In this document: positions 9,386-17,375 of the stretch, one piece after another | How the letters are laid out: each line of letters begins with the position of its first letter | Numbering within the stretch: position 1 is the first letter of the stretch | Assembly (NCBI GenBank): GCA_035549295.1 | Contig: DASZRG010000051.1 | Coordinates: 17,841-81,840 of the forward strand | DNA length: 64,000 bases | DNA from: Patescibacteria group bacterium | Lineage (GTDB): Bacteria; Patescibacteriota; Microgenomatia; Levybacterales; GWA1-39-11 | Reading direction: 5' to 3' | Notes under the pieces: model-generated | Seen by the model: the letters and a program-made list of their open reading frames with translations, nothing else | What the model was told of the DNA's origin: nothing | The model's database searches: none | Made by a program: the position numbers and the translations under genes

Positions 9386-10225
9386 CTAGTTGCCACAGAT
9401 GAGCTGAGCGGATCGCCTAATTTCTTCAACGCGTTTTTTATCTATCATATATTTATCTTTATACTCGTCGTCTGAGATTTTTAGAAGATCAAAAACTAAA
9501 ATTATTCCATTGTCTATCATTCGTCTTTTTTCCTCAGTTGTTAGATCTGTCATTATTGTAACCGGATACATCTTTGGTCTTTCAACAAAGTCTTGTAGAT
9601 TTTGCTGTTCAGGATAATTCCAAGCCATAAGCCTAACCCCTTTACATTCAGCATAAGTAATCGCGTCTGTTGATAGCTTCGTGTTGGTTGCAACCCAAAC
9701 ACCATCGATCTTGTTTGCTTTTGAAACATCCAAAAAACGCGCGTAAGTATAAAGAATAACTTGAACATCTGTCTTACCAAACATCTGGTTATGAAATTTT
9801 GCTTCAATTATTTCGCGTCGGCCATCTTTCTCAAGAAGAACATCGATTTCATGAGATACGCACTCACCTCTCATTTGCAGATCCACTTGAGTCTTGTAAC
9901 CCTGACTTTTAAAAATATCGGCAAGATATTGTTCAAATGGAAAACCTGTAGGCCCAAGCTCAAAAATGCCTTGCTTCAAGTTGAATCGAAGCGCGCTTTT
10001 TTTGTCTTTTGTCGTTAAAAATTCACGTATGTGATAAAAGATTTCATCCGTCGTTATAGTATTATCCGACTGAATTCTTTCTTTTATATGAGCAAGAGCT
10101 CTATCGTGTAATTCTTTTGGAACACCCGCTCGCTCCATAGAGTGGATAACACGCAGATCATCAAACTCAACTTGTTGACCGTTGCGCTTGATAACCATGA
10201 TCGGAGGTATGAGTCGGGCAGACAT
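9386..10225 (-). CDS. ATP-cone domain fused to Mrr-like PD-(D/E)xK restriction-endonuclease domain
   Basis: The N-terminus 'VIKRNGQQVEFDDLRVIHSMERAG' is ATP-cone-like (compare NrdR and RNR N-termini). The central region 'FEQYLADIFKSQGYKTQVDLQMRGECVSHEIDVLLEKDGRREIIEAKFH' has the D…(E)xK arrangement of the Mrr_cat nuclease fold. Confidence 0.5.
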   Translation of the reverse strand: MSARLIPPIMVIKRNGQQVEFDDLRVIHSMERAGVPKELHDRALAHIKERIQSDNTITTDEIFYHIREFLTTKDKKSALRFNLKQGIFELGPTGFPFEQYLADIFKSQGYKTQVDLQMRGECVSHEIDVLLEKDGRREIIEAKFHNQMFGKTDVQVILYTYARFLDVSKANKIDGVWVATNTKLSTDAITYAECKGVRLMAWNYPEQQNLQDFVERPKMYPVTIMTDLTTEEKRRMIDNGIILVFDLLKISDDEYKDKYMIDKKRVEEIRRSAQLICGN

Positions 10226-10276
10226 AATAAATAGTATAAATTAAGGGTATCAAGAGTATCAAGGGTACCACGGGGG

Positions 10277-12067
10277 CTAAATTAGCGTTAGGAGGAGCTG
10301 AGTATCTGCGTGGAGGATATTGTATGCGTCGTCGGCAATAACATGAGCTTTTTGCAACGCTAACAGTTCTTTATTTACTGCATTTAGCAAACTCTTCGCG
10401 GCTGTTTTTGTCTTGCCATTTTTTGATAAATTCTGCGCTGTCTTAATTTCAAGCAAAATACCAGCGCAGCTCAACGGCTTTATTTCTCCCACTTTGCAGA
10501 GAGAACTAATATCGTTAAGTGTCGTTTCGAAGTTTGTGTTTTGATTTTCCGAATCATTTCTAGCGTTATTTTTGTCAAATATTATCGAATAATTATCAGT
10601 ATCACTCGCACCAACAATCCCTGAAGACACAAATTTTTTGTGATAGCCGCTCGCGTCATAAGTTAGAACCGTCACGCTATAGTTGGTTACTGATGTAGAT
10701 GAAACATCAAGAGAATATTTTCCGCTGTCTGGCTTTGGAAGATAGATGAATGACGCAGGTTTACCATTGTCTCCGGTTCCGGTCGCAGGATTAGTTATTG
10801 GATATTCAGTAACCGGACTACCAATGGTGTTCCCAAGTGAATCCTTGAGTCCTACACTAACACCATCTTGAGTCATGACAACAACATACGAAAGATCTGA
10901 ATTAGCAGGAATAAATCTCCTCATCCCAAGATAAGAATCTGAGTAATCGGAAAGACTTGTCCTATTATAATAAGGGTCATTTATCAAAAATTTATTGTTT
11001 GAATCGATTCCTTTTGCTACAACGAAATGCCCAGGAACTTGGAGTATGTCTGGATGACCATCATTTATGTCTTGCGTTAAGAGTGAATCGTCTTGTCCAG
11101 CCTTTGCCAAGAACTCAAGAGCATCGAACAAAAATCCAGGATTTTGAAATTTAGCAAGTTTGCTTATGTTTGACAGCTCAACCCAGTTGATATATCCCGT
11201 TCCAATATATCCGTCTTTTGATGCATCAAGATGAGTGTCGTTTTGAAGATACTTATTAAGAGTTCCCGGTGTCAGACCTATACCATTTGGTAGCTTGTTA
11301 ATACCGTAGTAGTTGAAAACCATAACAGCAGATGTGAGCGAGCAACCCCACGTTGAGATATCTTTTGGCTTTGACCCTGCCCAGGAAGAAGCCGCATCGT
11401 AGATCAAACTCCCCCAAAGTGGATTGGTTTGTTTTAGAAGCGGAACATTCAAGTCCACACCGGGATCAATACTGTTCACGACAATATTGTCAAACCAAAC
11501 CTCCGTAGGGTACGCCGCCCCAGTACTAACGCGCACTCCGACTTTTTCGTGACCAGAAAAAACGTATGTTGGGTCTGTTACGTCAAATAATTGATTACCG
11601 TCAACCAAAACTTTAATATTCGGTCCATTAAGAATTAGCTTAAAATGGTAAACGGTTCCATTGCTTAAGAAAAACGGTATTGTCGGAACTGGAGTCGGCG
11701 CAGTAAAATGAGCACCCTCACCGTTAAAATGCACCTCGTACTGGCTTGCATTGTTAACCCATCTGAATGAAATGTTTTTATCAACACCCTGTATCGGTAA
11801 TATATCTAAATCAACTGTGTAATTAGGAGTTGTTATGTCTCCCGCAACTTCATCTACAATTGTACTCCCTGAACTAATAAGTGCCCCAAAACGATTACTT
11901 CCATCAATATTTGCGACTTGAAAAAGATTTGGCCCCTGAACTGTCGTCCACTGACTAGAATCACCGCTATCAAAATTGTCTTGAAAAATTACGGACGCGA
12001 AGGCTTTGGGAGAACTAAAAATCAAAAGGAGAGAAAGAGCAATAATAAAGATGACTATTCTCTTCAT
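10277..12067 (-). CDS. Secreted protein with peptidase C39-like (papain-fold) domain
   Basis: Signal peptide 'MKRIVIFIIALSLLLIFSSPKAFA'. The C-terminal half has 'WGCSLTSAVMVFNYYG' (catalytic Cys context) and 'GHFVVAKG' (His), as in the Peptidase_C39-like family. The N-terminal half is beta-rich. Confidence 0.45.
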   Translation of the reverse strand: MKRIVIFIIALSLLLIFSSPKAFASVIFQDNFDSGDSSQWTTVQGPNLFQVANIDGSNRFGALISSGSTIVDEVAGDITTPNYTVDLDILPIQGVDKNISFRWVNNASQYEVHFNGEGAHFTAPTPVPTIPFFLSNGTVYHFKLILNGPNIKVLVDGNQLFDVTDPTYVFSGHEKVGVRVSTGAAYPTEVWFDNIVVNSIDPGVDLNVPLLKQTNPLWGSLIYDAASSWAGSKPKDISTWGCSLTSAVMVFNYYGINKLPNGIGLTPGTLNKYLQNDTHLDASKDGYIGTGYINWVELSNISKLAKFQNPGFLFDALEFLAKAGQDDSLLTQDINDGHPDILQVPGHFVVAKGIDSNNKFLINDPYYNRTSLSDYSDSYLGMRRFIPANSDLSYVVVMTQDGVSVGLKDSLGNTIGSPVTEYPITNPATGTGDNGKPASFIYLPKPDSGKYSLDVSSTSVTNYSVTVLTYDASGYHKKFVSSGIVGASDTDNYSIIFDKNNARNDSENQNTNFETTLNDISSLCKVGEIKPLSCAGILLEIKTAQNLSKNGKTKTAAKSLLNAVNKELLALQKAHVIADDAYNILHADTQLLLTLI

Positions 12068-12165
12068 ATAAAATTATAGTATTTATAAAACAATTCCTTG
12101 TCAATAGCTGATAATCAACTGAGAAAATAATTGTTATAACTGATTCTAATTGCTAAAATGTCTGA

Positions 12166-12909
12166 ATGAATAAGGTATCTGACAGGAAAAGACTGCACGA
12201 AAAGTACCACAAGAAAACAAAAAAACAATTCAAGACAATTGAAAGCAATAATTTCACATATCGATTGCTTATTTCAGAATTAGAAAAATTGGTAAAAAAA
12301 GATATAAGAATATTGGATATAGGCTGCGGAGCTGGAACGTTAGATTTTTATATTGCTAATAAAGGGCCCAAAATATTAGGAATAGATATCTCTGATATAG
12401 CAATTAACTCATGCATTGAAACCGCAAAGCAACTTGGAATCAAAAATGCTGAATTTAAAAGAATTTATTTTCCACGCGAAAATGTAACGGGAAAATTTGA
12501 TTTAATCATTTTCACTGAAGTGATTGAGCATTTGGAAGATGATGTTTTAGCCTTACAAAAAATCAATAAGCTTTTAAACACCAACGGTAAACTCATTTTG
12601 TCAACTCCATCTAAAAACGCCCCGCTCAATAGACTTGGCTTAACAAAAAAATTTGACCTGGAAGTGGGCCATCTGAGGCGGTACACGGAAGAAGAACTAA
12701 CTCGAAAGTTAAAAAAGGAGGGGTTTAAAATTTTGAAAGTTAATAAAACAGAAGGGATAATAAGAAACTTTTTGTTTGTAAATCCTATTGCTGGAAAATT
12801 TGTTAGGTTTATAAAGTTTTTTGTTTCAGATGCTGTAACAATTGTTGATAACTTTACACTTCCTTTATTTGGAAACTCAAACTACATTATTATTGCAAAA
12901 AAACAGTAA
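12166..12909 (+). CDS. Class I SAM-dependent methyltransferase
   Basis: 'ILDIGCGAGTLDFYIA' motif I and 'DLIIFTEVIEHLED' motif II/III of Methyltransf_11/23-type enzymes. Confidence 0.7.
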   Translation: MNKVSDRKRLHEKYHKKTKKQFKTIESNNFTYRLLISELEKLVKKDIRILDIGCGAGTLDFYIANKGPKILGIDISDIAINSCIETAKQLGIKNAEFKRIYFPRENVTGKFDLIIFTEVIEHLEDDVLALQKINKLLNTNGKLILSTPSKNAPLNRLGLTKKFDLEVGHLRRYTEEELTRKLKKEGFKILKVNKTEGIIRNFLFVNPIAGKFVRFIKFFVSDAVTIVDNFTLPLFGNSNYIIIAKKQ

Positions 12910-12924
12910 CAAAATTATACAAGC

Positions 12925-13995
12925 TTACCCAAATTTTTTCTTATCCTTCTGATAATGACGCAGGCGTATTGAGTGGCGGAAGTGGTCTACGGGATCTTCG
13001 ACAAGAACAAATAAGATCCATGAGAATAACAGAAATATTGCGATAGAGATTAAATTGAAATAATTTTTATTCATTTCCGGCAACATAACAGTTAAGACTG
13101 CAAGAATAGGGACGTGGGAAATATAAAGCGTGTATGAAAAATTTCCCAAGAGACTGTCCCACTTACTGCTTTTGAATTTAAGAAATATCAGCGGGATCGC
13201 AAGTGTTAATATTCCCAAAAAGAGTGCTCTGACCTCTCCCCCGACGTAATAGAAAAAGATGATAAATAAAACGACTAAAATAAGCGATGAGCCAGATACA
13301 ACTGATGGAATTTTAACTTTTTTACTCGACAAAAATGAATATATCTTGTAAGCAAGAATTCCAAGAACAAAATAAAAAAAGACCGCCGGAAAAAATGCGC
13401 CATTTACATAGGTGGTATTTCCTATATGAACTACAAAATAGTGGTATGCTGCAGTCCTTAAAAAGTGAGCTATGATCGCAAGGACTACAATTATTTTTGT
13501 GTCCCGTCTCGCAATAAGTGGTGCAAGGATATAAAAAATTAGCTCAAGTCCCAATGTCCATGATGGCCCAATAACAAGCGGATCAAAAGTTGCTCTCGGA
13601 AAAAAATAAACAGTATTTGGAATAAGAGTTATCACCCGAATAATATCTATTAAAACTTTTGAAAACAAATTTATCCCTGAAAGTGAATTATAACTATTAA
13701 AAAATAGACCCAGAGGATTTGCTGCAAAATTACTTCCCAAGAAAAGATATATAAAAAATGAAAGGAAAAGCATTGCCCAATAAACAGAATAAATTTTGAG
13801 AAAACGATTTATCAAAAACAATTTTGTCCCAGACTTTCCAACATACTTTTCATTTAGAATAAGTGTCATATAAAAGCCAGAGATAATATAGAAAGAAGTA
13901 ACGGGCAGATCACCACCCATTGGCCTGTAACCAAAAGTTATACCAATGTGTGCAAAGACGACGCAAAGAGCGAGAAGAAGCCTTAATAAGCCCAT
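12925..13995 (-). CDS. Acyltransferase family 3 (OatA-like) integral membrane protein
   Basis: N-terminal 'LRLLLALCVVFAHIG' is the characteristic start of acyltransferase_3 proteins. There are about 10 TM helices. Confidence 0.7.
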   Translation of the reverse strand: MGLLRLLLALCVVFAHIGITFGYRPMGGDLPVTSFYIISGFYMTLILNEKYVGKSGTKLFLINRFLKIYSVYWAMLFLSFFIYLFLGSNFAANPLGLFFNSYNSLSGINLFSKVLIDIIRVITLIPNTVYFFPRATFDPLVIGPSWTLGLELIFYILAPLIARRDTKIIVVLAIIAHFLRTAAYHYFVVHIGNTTYVNGAFFPAVFFYFVLGILAYKIYSFLSSKKVKIPSVVSGSSLILVVLFIIFFYYVGGEVRALFLGILTLAIPLIFLKFKSSKWDSLLGNFSYTLYISHVPILAVLTVMLPEMNKNYFNLISIAIFLLFSWILFVLVEDPVDHFRHSIRLRHYQKDKKKFG

Positions 13996-14033
13996 GAGGA
14001 ATTATATAATTATCTCAAAAAGATTTGTGAACA

Positions 14034-14690
14034 CTAAGCAAACTTAGACCAGTTGGCTTCGGTTTTGAGTTTATCTAGATTTTTGACCATAAAAAATCGC
14101 CCATCTTTTTCACACACTCCTATTTTTTCAAGTTTTTTAAGCTCAACGCTTGCTGTCTCGCGAGTGAGCCCAATAAGATTAGCTATATCTGAGTGAGTCA
14201 TCGGAACTCGAATTGTAATAGATTTTCCTTTCTGAATGCCAAAACGTTCCGCGCAGATAACGAGGATTGACGCAACTTTTTGATATGCATTACCAAAGAC
14301 TGAATATTCCATACGTTCAAGAAGTCCACCAAGCCTAGAAAGTACGTTATTGAGTATTTCATAAAGCGCCTCTGGATTCATATGTATAAAATCAGAAAAA
14401 TCCTCAAGCGGTGCTTTTGACAACTCAACAGGAGTCATGGCTTCAAAATAATATCTATGACGTTGTCCTGTAATAGCCCATCTTATAGGGAAAATATCAT
14501 GAGGTTTAACAATGATGAGCGTCAGTTCCTGACCTGACTCGGAAATAGAATATAGCCTCACATATCCCCTACGCACATAATAAATACCCGAGGGATTGTC
14601 ATCAGAGCGAAGAATAATCTGTCCCTTTTTATAATCAAGGGTTCTATATTGCGAAAAGAACGAATAAAGCTTATTCCCTCGGTCCTGCAC
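14034..14690 (-). CDS. Crp/Fnr-family transcriptional regulator
   Basis: N-terminal cNMP-binding-like beta-roll. C-terminal HTH 'SDIANLIGLTRETASVELKKLEKIGV', which is HTH_Crp-like. Confidence 0.75.
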   Translation of the reverse strand: MQDRGNKLYSFFSQYRTLDYKKGQIILRSDDNPSGIYYVRRGYVRLYSISESGQELTLIIVKPHDIFPIRWAITGQRHRYYFEAMTPVELSKAPLEDFSDFIHMNPEALYEILNNVLSRLGGLLERMEYSVFGNAYQKVASILVICAERFGIQKGKSITIRVPMTHSDIANLIGLTRETASVELKKLEKIGVCEKDGRFFMVKNLDKLKTEANWSKFA

Positions 14691-14726
14691 TATAGCCGGA
14701 TTATAGCACCAGCGTAAATTGTTAGC

Positions 14727-14751
14727 AATCTTACAATTTTATTGTAAGATT
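14727..14751. promoter_or_regulatory. Perfect 11-3-11 palindrome AATCTTACAAT-TTT-ATTGTAAGATT in the divergent crp-like/14839 promoter region
   Basis: Directly read. It lies 37-61 nt upstream of the Crp/Fnr-family gene start. Related direct repeats (CTTGTAATAT x2, TCTTACAATT) sit at 14764-14833. Confidence 0.5.
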
Positions 14752-14838
14752 CTTTACTGTATCCTTGTAATATATGTTACCGTGATCTTGTAATATTATT
14801 CACTGACCACCATCTAACCTACGTCTTACAATTCCCTT

Positions 14839-15528
14839 ATGAGCGCAAAAGAAAAACCATTCATCGAGGCGATCCAAAAAAAGTTTGTAACTCTTCCAGG
14901 AGAACAACTGATATTCGTAGAGCGCAAACACTGGTCAGCATTCGGGATACCTATCATTATCCTTGGATTCATGAGCACCGTAATACTTGCGGTCTTCTCG
15001 ACAGGATTTCAATTTTTCCAAAACTACATCATTCTGCTTCTTTCTGCTTTCTCTGTAATTTTCATCTTCATGGTAAGTCTCGCACTTCGATCAATTATCG
15101 ATTGGTACTTTAACGTGTATGTTGTGACCAGTAGAAAGATTATTGAAGTTTCTTACAGTCCTTTATCGTCACACACCATCAACCAAGTCTTACTCGACCA
15201 GGTACGATGCACTGAAATAGATACAAAAATAGAGGGGATACTCAACGATGTTCTGGACATCGGAAATGTTGTCATAACTTTTGACCGACCTACTCACCAA
15301 GAAGAATTTGCATTTGAATATGTTAAAAACCCTCGAGAAATTGAAAAATACCTACAAAGTACTGTATGCCACGATATGTTCACTAGAAATTCATTTGGAC
15401 AAGTCCAACAATTTGAGAAAAGAGATGATGTTGTAGCAATTTATAACAAAAGTCAAAAATCAGGGAAGTGGACTTACGTTGAAGATGCAGGCAATATGCT
15501 CGAGCATGGAGTCGCATGGAATATATAA
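14839..15528 (+). CDS. Membrane protein with bPH_2 (YdbT-like bacterial PH) domain
   Basis: Two TM helices, then 'DWYFNVYVVTSRKIIEV…', typical of DUF304/bPH_2. The product of 27292..27951 is a paralog. Confidence 0.45.
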   Translation: MSAKEKPFIEAIQKKFVTLPGEQLIFVERKHWSAFGIPIIILGFMSTVILAVFSTGFQFFQNYIILLLSAFSVIFIFMVSLALRSIIDWYFNVYVVTSRKIIEVSYSPLSSHTINQVLLDQVRCTEIDTKIEGILNDVLDIGNVVITFDRPTHQEEFAFEYVKNPREIEKYLQSTVCHDMFTRNSFGQVQQFEKRDDVVAIYNKSQKSGKWTYVEDAGNMLEHGVAWNI

Positions 15529-15755
15529 TTATGCAATACATAACGCTTACATCATCTTTTTTGCTATTTTCAATACTACTTTTCTTGACTGGCTATAACA
15601 CGCTTTATGCGCTAAGAACTAGAGGTGTCAATAAATATCTTGGAACAGAATTACCGAGTATTATAAAAAGGCTTTTTACTGCAACTATTTTCCTCTCGGG
15701 GATTGCAACTCTTGTTGCGCTGGTTGTCTTTATCAATTCGATTATCTCACTCTAA
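15516..15755 (+). CDS. Small two-TM membrane protein
   Basis: 79-aa hydrophobic ORF overlapping the upstream gene end by 13 nt. Confidence 0.3.
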   Translation: MEYIIMQYITLTSSFLLFSILLFLTGYNTLYALRTRGVNKYLGTELPSIIKRLFTATIFLSGIATLVALVVFINSIISL

Positions 15756-15756
15756 A

Positions 15757-16179
15757 CTATCTATCTATTTTTCGATATACAAATTTTAGACCTGACCAAG
15801 TACCATCTATAGCTGCAACCTTCACATCAACTAACCCAGCTCTCAGTCCGATTTCCCGAATTATGTTTTCATCCAAATCACTTTTTACTCCAGAACTTTT
15901 CTTGGGCCAAGATATCCAAAGAGAGCCGTCTTTTTCTAGAATTAGTTTTAATCCAGAAAATATTTTCTCTAAAGAAGTATTGTCTTTTGTAAAAAAATGC
16001 ACATAATCAAACTTCTTAGATGTATGATCGATCATACTAATATCTCTCGATGAAATTTTTTTTGTTTGAGAAATGTTTAATTCCGAAATAAAACCTGCTG
16101 GAGCATCAATAAAAATAATTTCTGAATCAGATTTTATGCCAAGTTTTTTAATAAGAGGAGTCGCAGAATATCCTGACAT
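15757..16179 (-). CDS. DUF3052-like hypothetical protein
   Basis: The N-terminus 'MSGYSATPLIKKLGIK' resembles, from memory, the conserved N-terminus of the DUF3052 family. No function known. Confidence 0.35.
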   Translation of the reverse strand: MSGYSATPLIKKLGIKSDSEIIFIDAPAGFISELNISQTKKISSRDISMIDHTSKKFDYVHFFTKDNTSLEKIFSGLKLILEKDGSLWISWPKKSSGVKSDLDENIIREIGLRAGLVDVKVAAIDGTWSGLKFVYRKIDR

Positions 16180-16181
16180 AT

Positions 16182-16709
16182 TTATGGTTTGTTAACTTCT
16201 ATTATTTTACCAATTTCATAGCTTCGTAGCTTTCGGCCTATTGTTGGCTCTGCATAACCTATATCTTTTGGACCATTCGCCACTCCGAAATTAACTCGCT
16301 TAAGAGGAATAAATTTTACACGCTTATAATCATCTATATTTGTAGTGTTGAATAGAATGTATGCATCAAGCCTTCTTCCATTATGCGTTAAAAACTCTTT
16401 CAGTCTTATCCATTTCGCACTTTGTTTATCTTCATATATTTCAGGATATATTATAAAAAAATCTTCAAATTTGGGTTTGTATTCATCTGTATTGAGCGGT
16501 CCATCATTGTCCGACTCGGGGTACCGATAAAATTTGAGGACCTCGCCAGTCTCTGCTGTACGACGAATTGTATAAGACTGAAAGCCTACCCCCAAAAATT
16601 TTGGGGATTTTTCCGCATTTTCGAGATTAACCATCCCCACCAAAGAAAGACCTCCCGTGAGAGCTAGTCCACCGCCAAGTCTTAAAAAATTTCGTCGCGA
16701 CGTCTCCAT
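16182..16709 (-). CDS. Secreted protein with twin-arginine (Tat) signal peptide
   Basis: 'METSRRNFLRLGGGLALTGGLSL' is a classic Tat motif (S/T-RR-x-F-L-K/R). Confidence 0.45.
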   Translation of the reverse strand: METSRRNFLRLGGGLALTGGLSLVGMVNLENAEKSPKFLGVGFQSYTIRRTAETGEVLKFYRYPESDNDGPLNTDEYKPKFEDFFIIYPEIYEDKQSAKWIRLKEFLTHNGRRLDAYILFNTTNIDDYKRVKFIPLKRVNFGVANGPKDIGYAEPTIGRKLRSYEIGKIIEVNKP

Positions 16710-16780
16710 TGCCTTCAGATTTTATCATAAGAGTTAAATCATAAAACAGATTTGCAAAGTAAATTTGCTATACTGGATAA

Positions 16781-17326
16781 GTGAATTGGAAATCTTGGAA
16801 ATACAAAAATTTAACTCTTCTTTTCCTCTCTTTTGCATTGTCCTTTTTCCTCGGAAGCTTTAAGCCGTTTCATGATTTTATTTTTGACGCCGGTCGAGAG
16901 ACAGCTATTTTTGCGGGAATAATTTTTATCTCAACCTTTACCGCTCCACTTGCCGCTGTGACACTTTTGGTTCTGGCCGAAAAATTTCCGCTAATACAAC
17001 TTTGGGGACTCGCATCATTTGCTGCAATCATCTCGGACTTTTTATTTTTCAATCTTGTTCGCGATGGTATCGCAAAAGAAATACAACCAATTTATGAAGA
17101 AGTTGCCGAGGGTCACATGCAACATGTTGTTAATACAAAGCACTTTCGATGGATGTTTCCAGCAATCGGAGCATTGATAATTCTCTCGCCCCTTCCAAGC
17201 TCAACTGGACTTCATCTGATGGGAATACCCAAGCTTAAGAGACGCCAATTTATCGCTCTTTCTGCTGCAGTCAATGTAGTAGGAATTGCCTTTATCATTC
17301 TTCTTTCGTTTATTATTAAGCCATAG
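16781..17326 (+). CDS. Membrane protein, 4-5 TM
   Basis: Hydrophobic ORF with no recognised motif. Confidence 0.35.
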   Translation: MNWKSWKYKNLTLLFLSFALSFFLGSFKPFHDFIFDAGRETAIFAGIIFISTFTAPLAAVTLLVLAEKFPLIQLWGLASFAAIISDFLFFNLVRDGIAKEIQPIYEEVAEGHMQHVVNTKHFRWMFPAIGALIILSPLPSSTGLHLMGIPKLKRRQFIALSAAVNVVGIAFIILLSFIIKP

Positions 17327-17375
17327 AACCTCTTCCAGATTTATAAAACGAGGCTAATAGTGGTACAATCTAAGC

